Assembly (NCBI GenBank): GCA_041751485.1
Contig: JBGSXG010000048.1
Span: forward strand, 1 to 39,464
Length of the DNA stretch: 39,464 nucleotides
From: Minisyncoccia bacterium
GTDB lineage: Bacteria > Patescibacteriota > Minisyncoccia > Phycocordibacterales > CAJQIN01
Direction of reading: 5' to 3'
Shown here: positions 16,391 to 22,389 of the stretch, piece by piece
How the letters are laid out: each line of letters starts with the position of its first letter
Numbering within the stretch: the first letter of the stretch is position 1
The notes under the pieces: model-generated
Database searches by the model: none
Seen by the model: only the letters and a program-made list of their open reading frames with translations
Told to the model about the DNA's origin: nothing
Made by a program: the position numbers and the translations under genes

Positions 16391-16405
16391 TATACTAGAT
16401 AGGCG

Positions 16406-16798
16406 ATGCAACAATACGCTACTTATATAAAACCAGAATGGGCGCCTCCGGCCGAACTGTTTAGTCCAGTTTGGACTGTTCTCTATATTTTAATAGCCAT
16501 TAGCTTCGGGGCGGTCTTTTTAGCCGTAGCTCGCAAGCGCTTACCGACGCGCATCTTGTGGCCTTTTGTCCTGAACTTGTTTTTCAATATAATTTTCACT
16601 CCCATTCAGTTTGGCCTGCAAAGCAACCTACTTGCCAGCATCGATGTTATCTTGGTCGTGGCCACCCTTGTTTGGGCTATGATCAGCATCTGGCAATATT
16701 CTGGTTTCCGCTGGGTAGCTATCGTTAATATTCCATATCTCCTCTGGGGCAGCTTTGCCACTGTCTTACAGCTGACCATTACGTTTTTGAATTGGTAA
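16406..16798 (+). CDS. tspO: TspO/MBR-family protein, N-terminally short
   Basis: KPEWAPPAELFSPVWTVLYILIAISF and the C-terminal W/F-rich helices match TspO. An in-frame TAG 6 nt upstream prevents extension, so the usual first TM helix is missing. Confidence 0.7.
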   Translation: MQQYATYIKPEWAPPAELFSPVWTVLYILIAISFGAVFLAVARKRLPTRILWPFVLNLFFNIIFTPIQFGLQSNLLASIDVILVVATLVWAMISIWQYSGFRWVAIVNIPYLLWGSFATVLQLTITFLNW

Positions 16799-16818
16799 GG
16801 TTTTGGCCACTTAACAAG

Positions 16819-16884
16819 AAATAAGCCCAAATTCTGGCCTAGACCGGTAATTTCAATGGGTAATACACAGTATCACCCGTTTAT
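16819..16884 (+). repeat. dispersed repeat, copy 1 (32-nt block AAATAAGCCCAAATTCTGGCCTAGACCGGTAA + GGGTAATAC-ACA-GTATCACCC hairpin)
   Basis: The 32 nt at 16819-16850 are identical to 18442-18473. The hairpin part matches 20053-20085 and 24401-24430. Confidence 0.85.
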
Positions 16885-16981
16885 TTTGGTGTTTGAGGGG
16901 TGAAAACAGAAGTAGTTGCTTTTAAAGTTTTTTTGACTAGTATGCAAAGCAGAACTCCACCACCAACAGAAAGGTTTCGAG

Positions 16982-17692
16982 ATGAAGATTAATGTCCCAT
17001 CATTACCTCTGGCGGCAAACGTCTGCGATCAGTTGCTTCGAGAAGTGTACAGAAATGATTCTTGGAGCATGGCCCATGTTGTCATGAACCCGGGCGCTTA
17101 TTCACTTCTTCATGAGCATCGTGTTATGGACGAAGTCTATGCAATCACCCGAGGCTCGGGAGAACTTATTGTGGGCAGTCTGTCGTATGAGGTGCGGGCA
17201 GGATCAGTCGTTCACATTCCGGCGAATATCCCACATCAGTTCTACAACACTGGCCTCACGAGTCTTGAACATCTTGTACTCGCCGCACCGGCGTTTGACC
17301 CTGCTGATGTCATCGTTGCTGAAAAACAGGATACACCTCATACAACGAATGTTCCGGTTACATTTCCTCAGGTTGTCGAATGTTTTGATGGCGCCAAAAT
17401 TATTCCGTACGAATTGCCTGGGATCGATCTTTCTTTTGCTTTTGGCTGGGTTATTAATGACCCGGCTCGGCACAAGGCGCCGCACTACCACAAACGAACC
17501 TCCGAGTTCATATTCGTGGTCGAAGGTAAGGGCACTGTTGAAATTGGTGACAGGTCTGTGCCCGTCGAAGCTGGTGATTGGTTAGAAGTTCCAGTTGGAG
17601 CGGACCATGCTATCCGCAACAAGGAAGATCAATACATGATCGCACTCTGTATCTGTTCTCCTCGTTTTGATATGGCAGATGTTCATTATTGA
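16982..17692 (+). CDS. bicupin protein (two cupin barrels)
   Basis: Two cupin motif sets: HEHRVMDEVYAITRGSGEL...HIPANIPHQFYN, and HYHKRTSEFIFVVEGKGTVE...VPVGADHAIRN. Visibly GC-richer than the backbone. Confidence 0.7.
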   Translation: MKINVPSLPLAANVCDQLLREVYRNDSWSMAHVVMNPGAYSLLHEHRVMDEVYAITRGSGELIVGSLSYEVRAGSVVHIPANIPHQFYNTGLTSLEHLVLAAPAFDPADVIVAEKQDTPHTTNVPVTFPQVVECFDGAKIIPYELPGIDLSFAFGWVINDPARHKAPHYHKRTSEFIFVVEGKGTVEIGDRSVPVEAGDWLEVPVGADHAIRNKEDQYMIALCICSPRFDMADVHY

Positions 17693-17720
17693 TGATTTAT
17701 TCGAGTTGAATATCACCAAG

Positions 17721-17748
17721 CCCACGGCGGATCGCGCCGTGGGTTTTT
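17721..17748 (+). terminator. intrinsic terminator
   Basis: CCCACGGCG-GATCG-CGCCGTGGG followed by T5. Confidence 0.7.
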
Positions 17749-17800
17749 ATAAATATTAGACATTACTCAGTATGTTATTGAAATGTACTATAATAATGTT

Positions 17801-18403
17801 ATGGAATTATCTTTTAAAATCCAACAATCTACTCCGCGAGCATTTCTCTTTAAAGATGACGGGCTAGTACCCAACTCAACGTTGTCAGTGTTGGTGTATA
17901 AGAGAGCAATTGATTTCTCTGGATTAGAACAAGGAGAAGCTGAAAAACAAATCGATGCTCACGTGTCGCAGAATGATTGGTATCGAGATTGGACGTATCA
18001 TGTGTATCCATTTTTGCATTATCACAGTACGGCGCATGAGGGACTCATTATATATTCTGGAAAAGCAACAATTCAAATTGGTGGTAAGGGAGGGGAGATT
18101 CTCACAGTAGCTTCGGGCGACATGATTATTATTCCCGCTGGAGTAGGGCACGAGCGTTTGCTGGAATCAGATCAGCCCGAAGAGCGAAAGAAGGAAATCG
18201 AAAGTCTTCTAGCTTTTGGTATATATCCAAATGGTCAAAAATGGGATTTTATTTCTGAAGATCTAAATGCATCTGAGGATGGAGGACAAAATATACATGA
18301 TGCGCAAGTACGAAAGACTGCTCTTGTGAATATCCAAGACCTGCCGATGCCACAATACGATCCTTTGTATGGAGCGGATGGTTTAACTGATTTGTGGAAG
18401 TAG
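17801..18403 (+). CDS. cupin-domain protein (YjlB-like)
   Basis: HYHSTAHEGLIIYSGKATIQIGG...IIIPAGVGH is a cupin core. Start set at ATG 17801 because TATAAT (17789-17794) sits 6 nt upstream. The ORF track's ATG 17783 lies upstream of that -10 hexamer. Confidence 0.6.
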   Translation: MELSFKIQQSTPRAFLFKDDGLVPNSTLSVLVYKRAIDFSGLEQGEAEKQIDAHVSQNDWYRDWTYHVYPFLHYHSTAHEGLIIYSGKATIQIGGKGGEILTVASGDMIIIPAGVGHERLLESDQPEERKKEIESLLAFGIYPNGQKWDFISEDLNASEDGGQNIHDAQVRKTALVNIQDLPMPQYDPLYGADGLTDLWK

Positions 18404-18441
18404 GGAGTCTCAGTTTTATGGACTTGGGGGCGGTTTAATAA

Positions 18442-18505
18442 AAATAAGCCCAAATTCTGGCCTAGACCGGTAAATTAAGGGGGTAAAACTATAGATTACT
18501 TCTAA
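18442..18505 (+). repeat. dispersed repeat, copy 2 (identical 32-nt block + degenerate hairpin GGGTAAAAC-TATA-GATTACTT)
   Basis: 18442-18473 is identical to 16819-16850. Confidence 0.85.
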
Positions 18506-18623
18506 GTTGGCAAGAGAGTCCGCCGGCTCGAAAGTTGTGGGGTATTTTGGTTTGTCTTGGGGAAATGAAATAGAAGATAGGATGCCAAAACATTTGACCA
18601 TTAACATTTGACGAAATTTAAAA

Positions 18624-18658
18624 GATTAGAAATCAGTTTTTAGATATTAGTTTTTAGT
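18624..18658. repeat. phased heptamer array gattaga|aatcagt|ttttaga|tattagt|ttttagt
   Basis: Read directly from the sequence. Confidence 0.7.
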
Positions 18659-18676
18659 TTGCTATAATAATTTCAT

Positions 18677-18871
18677 ATGAAAAATAAAAATTATTACACG
18701 ACAACAGCTATATTATTTGTGGTTGTTGCGGTGCTGCACTCTGTTAGAGTCATTTTGGATCTGCCATTAGTAATCGGATTATATGAAATCCCAATGTGGC
18801 TTTCCTGGGCAGCAGTTGTCGTAACCGGCATTTTGGCATACCACGGTTTTCGTTTGAAGAGAAGGGGGTAG
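18677..18871 (+). CDS. small 2-TM membrane protein, hypothetical
   Basis: 64-aa ORF with two hydrophobic helices. TATAAT lies 8 nt upstream of the ATG. Confidence 0.4.
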   Translation: MKNKNYYTTTAILFVVVAVLHSVRVILDLPLVIGLYEIPMWLSWAAVVVTGILAYHGFRLKRRG

Positions 18872-18892
18872 GAATTTGCTAGAATATAGCCG

Positions 18893-19567
18893 ATGATTAC
18901 TGCTCGTTTATTTGGAGTTGATATTAGGGATTGGGTCCATACGCCTATAGATTGGCGGGATGCTTCAGCGTTGACGCTCCTGGCCTCTAATGCATTTGTT
19001 TTTGTGTTGGTCCTTCTGGGGCGTGTCTCCATGTCTGATGTGTTGTTTATTTATCTTATTCAAGGAGTGGTGATTGGCTGTGTGCATTTGATAAAGCTCT
19101 TTTTTATAAAAACCGCACCTATTGATCCCACCGATTTGTCACCTAGGGAACAGCTGAATCCGCTAAATCATTCAAAAGGTGGTTTGGCGGTTCATTTTTT
19201 ATACTCATACTTATTCACACACTTTTTATTTTTTCTGATAATTGAGGGTATGTTTGAGCCGGTTTCGTATAGTAACGCTGGGCTAATAGTGGCAATCAGT
19301 GCTTTTGCAGTGCACCATGCTTTTTCTTTGATCTTGAATGTTAGAAAAGATACAGAGGAATACATTCCGGCTCGGACAGCGGTGTATTATCCATCCATGA
19401 GAGTGTTACCGTTGTTCGCTGTTATATTGATACCTTCTCTAGTCTCAGCTGTTTGGGCAAACGAGACACTTTTTATTTTTGCAGTTTTCGTTGCTCTTAA
19501 AACATATGTAGACTTGAAACTACATTCTTTTGAGCATAATGTTGTGTTTAAAAAGAAAAGGGTTTAG
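18893..19567 (+). CDS. hypothetical polytopic membrane protein (possibly DUF6498-like)
   Basis: 224 aa with ~6 TM helices. TGCTAGAAT lies 7 nt upstream of the ATG. The family guess is weak. Confidence 0.45.
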   Translation: MITARLFGVDIRDWVHTPIDWRDASALTLLASNAFVFVLVLLGRVSMSDVLFIYLIQGVVIGCVHLIKLFFIKTAPIDPTDLSPREQLNPLNHSKGGLAVHFLYSYLFTHFLFFLIIEGMFEPVSYSNAGLIVAISAFAVHHAFSLILNVRKDTEEYIPARTAVYYPSMRVLPLFAVILIPSLVSAVWANETLFIFAVFVALKTYVDLKLHSFEHNVVFKKKRV

Positions 19568-19597
19568 TTTGTTCTGCTATCCAGAAGCACACCATAT

Positions 19598-19632
19598 CTA
19601 ATTTCTATCGTCTAAACTCCAACCTCTAATTT
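19598..19632. repeat. phased heptamer array ctaattt|ctatcgt|ctaaact|ccaacct|ctaattt
   Basis: Read directly from the sequence. Confidence 0.7.
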
Positions 19633-19674
19633 AAACGGGTTTAATCCCATTCAAATTTCCGTTACAATGTTTAT

Positions 19675-20043
19675 ATGTTTGAAATTTTAACTTTGTTCGT
19701 GGGGCTTGTTATCGGCGGAGGCATTGCCTGGCTATTTATTAAACGCCGGACGGCAGAGCTTGCCGACGAGCTTCGTCGTACTGAGTGCGAAAAGACTGCG
19801 CACGAGGAAATAGCATCTAGTTTGGATGAGTATAACGTTCGTTTGCAACAAGAAAAAGATGAGCGAAAAGAGTCAATAATAAAAAAGATCCAAGAAGACG
19901 TTTCTATTCAGAACAATGAGGTGGCTGATATGTTTGAGGTATCTCGCAAAACTGCCTATAACTACTTAGAAGAGCTGGAGACAGAAGGGAAGATAAAGCA
20001 GGTTGGATCTGCTGGCCGACATGTAATCTACAAAATGGCTTAA
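19675..20043 (+). CDS. membrane-anchored winged-HTH protein
   Basis: N-terminal TM helix (ILTLFVGLVIGGGIAWLFI), a charged coiled segment, and a C-terminal HTH (NNEVADMFEVSRKTAYNYLEELETEGKIKQVG). Confidence 0.5.
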   Translation: MFEILTLFVGLVIGGGIAWLFIKRRTAELADELRRTECEKTAHEEIASSLDEYNVRLQQEKDERKESIIKKIQEDVSIQNNEVADMFEVSRKTAYNYLEELETEGKIKQVGSAGRHVIYKMA

Positions 20044-20089
20044 ATAGGTCATTTCAATGGGTAATACACAGTATTACCCATTGAATTTT
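20044..20089 (+). repeat. dispersed repeat, copy 3 / terminator hairpin TTCAATGGGTAATAC-ACA-GTATTACCCATTGAA + T4
   Basis: Perfect 15-bp stem at 20053-20085, immediately after the stop codon. Confidence 0.8.
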
Positions 20090-20111
20090 GGCTTTGCAGA
20101 GCTATTTTATA

Positions 20112-20137
20112 TTTTGGCGGTCCGACCGCCAAATTTT
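20112..20137 (+). terminator. second hairpin TTGGCGG-TCCGA-CCGCCAA + T-run
   Basis: Read directly from the sequence. Confidence 0.5.
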
Positions 20138-20165
20138 CTAATCTCCAATGTCTAAACTCTAATTC
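20138..20165. repeat. phased heptamer array ctaatct|ccaatgt|ctaaact|ctaattc
   Basis: Read directly from the sequence. It uses the same unit types as 19598-19632. Confidence 0.7.
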
Positions 20166-20180
20166 TTGTGGAAAAGCCAC

Positions 20181-20210
20181 TTGCAGAGTATACCCACTAG
20201 GGGTATACTC
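20181..20210 (+). promoter_or_regulatory. copper-operon promoter (TTGCAG-N17-TATACT) overlapped by a CsoR-type operator GAGTATACCC-ACTAG-GGGTATACTC
   Basis: Perfect 10-bp inverted arms with a C-tract and a G-tract at 20186-20210. The -10 hexamer ends 6 nt before ATG 20216. Confidence 0.6.
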
Positions 20211-20215
20211 GAAAC

Positions 20216-20485
20216 ATGCAAGAAAATATAAAAAAGAGCATCACTACTCGTCTTCGAAAAATCGAAGGTCAGATTCGTGGTCTACAAAAGATGGTAGATG
20301 AAGAGAAGTATTGTGTTGACGTCATCACACAATCATCAGCTATTCGCAGCGCATTGTCAGCTGTGGAAGATTTGATGTTGGAGAATCATCTGTCCGAGCA
20401 TGTTATTCATCAGATGAAACAAGGTCAGGAGAAAAAAGCAGTGGATGAAATTATTAGCGTCTTTAAAAAATCTAAGAAAAAATAA
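20216..20485 (+). CDS. csoR: CsoR/RcnR-family metal-sensing repressor
   Basis: RLRKIEGQIRGLQKMVDEEKYCVDVITQSSAIRSAL... Ligand positions are C33, H58 and H62, with the same 25/4 spacing as C36/H61/C65 of characterised CsoR. Confidence 0.85.
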   Translation: MQENIKKSITTRLRKIEGQIRGLQKMVDEEKYCVDVITQSSAIRSALSAVEDLMLENHLSEHVIHQMKQGQEKKAVDEIISVFKKSKKK

Positions 20486-20488
20486 TAT

Positions 20489-20932
20489 ATGGAGAATAAA
20501 AATTCTACTATCATAATAGCTTTACTGACTCTTGTGGTCGGTTTGCTATTTGGATATCTAATGGGCACAAGGGCCACTTTTGGTTTTCTATTAATGGACA
20601 ATATGCATGAAGATGCTGGAAGCTATCATATGCACGATGGAGTAGGTGATCATATGTACGAGGATGAGATAGTGGCTCGTGATGGAGCTATGATGCACGC
20701 CATGGATGAGATGATGCTTGGCTTCCGAGGTAAAAGTGGTGAGGAGTATGAAGAGGCATTTCTGCGCGGGATGATTGTCCATCATCTAGGCGCTGTTGAA
20801 ATGGCCGAAGGTTTGTTAGAGGAGACAGACAGACCGGAATTAGTTGAATTGGCTGAAAACATTATAGAAACCCAGTCGGTAGAAATAGACCTTATGAAGA
20901 GCTGGTTACAAGATTGGTTTAATAGTAATTAA
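20489..20932 (+). CDS. DUF305-family protein with Met/His-rich N-terminal region
   Basis: FLRGMIVHHLGAVEMAEGLL...AENIIETQSVEIDLMKSWL is the DUF305 core. MHEDAGSYHMHDGVGDHMYED is Cu-ligand-like. Confidence 0.8.
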   Translation: MENKNSTIIIALLTLVVGLLFGYLMGTRATFGFLLMDNMHEDAGSYHMHDGVGDHMYEDEIVARDGAMMHAMDEMMLGFRGKSGEEYEEAFLRGMIVHHLGAVEMAEGLLEETDRPELVELAENIIETQSVEIDLMKSWLQDWFNSN

Positions 20933-20937
20933 TTAAT

Positions 20938-21429
20938 ATGAAAAACAATACAATTATTACAGTTTTAGTTATCGTGGTTATCGGAATTGTTGGGTTTATG
21001 GCTGTGCAGTCGTCAAATCCGCAAAATATTATAAACAACACTCCAGATGGTGAATATATAGCTTCAGCGATTGTTCATAAATCTCCAAGTTGTGGATGTT
21101 GTGGCGTGTATGCTTCGTATCTTGGAAAGAGAAATTTTGATGTGGAGATTTCAGACATGGAAGATTTAAGGCCGATAAAAGAAAGCCTAGGGGTGCCGTA
21201 TGAGCTGGAGAGTTGTCACACTACAGAGGTTGCTGGTTATGTTGTTGAAGGACATATTCCAACTGAAGCCATTGAAAAGCTACTTAGCGAGAAGCCAGAT
21301 ATAAAAGGTATCGGTATGGCCGGAATGCCTTCTGGATCTCCCGGAATGCCTGGACCAAAAAATGGTGACTTTGTGATCTATGAGATTACACACGATGTAG
21401 AAAAGGGCGAAGTCTTTATGACTATCTAA
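20938..21429 (+). CDS. DUF411 (CopG-like) metal-binding protein
   Basis: SPSCGCCGVY...LESCHTTEVAGYVVEGHIP...GMAGMPSGSPGMPG is the canonical DUF411 motif string. Confidence 0.85.
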   Translation: MKNNTIITVLVIVVIGIVGFMAVQSSNPQNIINNTPDGEYIASAIVHKSPSCGCCGVYASYLGKRNFDVEISDMEDLRPIKESLGVPYELESCHTTEVAGYVVEGHIPTEAIEKLLSEKPDIKGIGMAGMPSGSPGMPGPKNGDFVIYEITHDVEKGEVFMTI

Positions 21430-21951
21430 ATGAGACAAATAATGAAAAAATATTATTTTCTACCTTTAGCTTTAATAGCACTTGTTCCTAAAGTCTCACT
21501 GGCACACTGTCCACTCTGTACCGCCGGAGCTGGAGCTTTAGCGGTGACTGCAGCTTACTTCGGTGTTTCGTCTATTGTGGTTGGTATTCTGATTGGTGCT
21601 TTTGCTCTGGCTCTGAGCCTGTGGCTTGCCGGTGCTCTTAAGAAGAAATACATTCCGTACCAGAGACAGATTTTAACTGTCTTAATTTTCTTGGGAACAG
21701 TTGTGCCGATTATGCCATTGGTTCGAGAGTATGCTCCGTTGTATGTATCGTTTTTAGGCGAGTATGGCACGACTTACACTATAAACTTGTACATCTTTGG
21801 AGTAGTCATCGGTGCGCTCATTATGTTCCTTGCTCCTTTCTTGAGTAAAGGTTTGACTAAAGTGCGTGGTAAGCAGATTCCATTTCAAGGTATGGGCATA
21901 ACGCTGGTTCTTTTAGTGGTTGTCTCTGTAATTGTTCAAGTATTAGCATGA
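21430..21951 (+). CDS. hypothetical membrane protein with HCPLC motif
   Basis: Signal/anchor, then AHCPLCTAG, then 4-5 TM helices. The start abuts the previous stop (TAAATG). The alternative start ATG 21442 is equally possible. Confidence 0.5.
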   Translation: MRQIMKKYYFLPLALIALVPKVSLAHCPLCTAGAGALAVTAAYFGVSSIVVGILIGAFALALSLWLAGALKKKYIPYQRQILTVLIFLGTVVPIMPLVREYAPLYVSFLGEYGTTYTINLYIFGVVIGALIMFLAPFLSKGLTKVRGKQIPFQGMGITLVLLVVVSVIVQVLA

Positions 21952-22385
21952 ATGATCTAGCACTAGTTCTTATCGGCATCAGTATTCTTTTTGCACTGTT
22001 TATATATGTGCGGACTTATACCAAACTGAAGGCCTGTGCTTTGTGTGCAGCCGTATCGCTGACCTGGATTGTTTTGTTAGTTGCTTTTTATTTAGGTGGT
22101 TCGGTGCATATTTTGTTGCTCGGTATTTTGGTAGGTACTAGCATCACCGGAATCTCTTATTTGTTGGAAGAAAAACTGACTAAAGAATATCTGCTTTTTA
22201 AGTTACCGTTTTTTCTGACTTTGGTATCTGTAGCTTATATGGTGATAGAGAAAATAGTTGTTCTAGAGGCTTTGATTATCTTGGCGACATTATGGATAGT
22301 TTCTGGGGCTTTGTTTGTAAATAGAGATGCTGAAAAGTTGAAAGGATTGGCAGGAAAGATTATTAGCTGTTGTAAAAATTGGTAA
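21948..22385 (+). CDS. hypothetical 5-TM membrane protein with CALC motif and C-terminal CC
   Basis: ATGA overlap with the upstream gene. KACALCAAVSLTW lies at the start of TM2. The C-terminus is IISCCKNW. Confidence 0.5.
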   Translation: MNDLALVLIGISILFALFIYVRTYTKLKACALCAAVSLTWIVLLVAFYLGGSVHILLLGILVGTSITGISYLLEEKLTKEYLLFKLPFFLTLVSVAYMVIEKIVVLEALIILATLWIVSGALFVNRDAEKLKGLAGKIISCCKNW

Positions 22386-22389
22386 ATAT

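Noticed and set aside
17112-17585. 157-aa alternative-frame ORF inside the bicupin gene. Similar internal or antisense ORFs occur in copB (22806-24095), typA and RNase J.
   Set aside because: These ORFs are fully nested in genes with clear family motifs, and their translations are low-complexity or Arg/Leu/Ser-rich. They are frame shadows.
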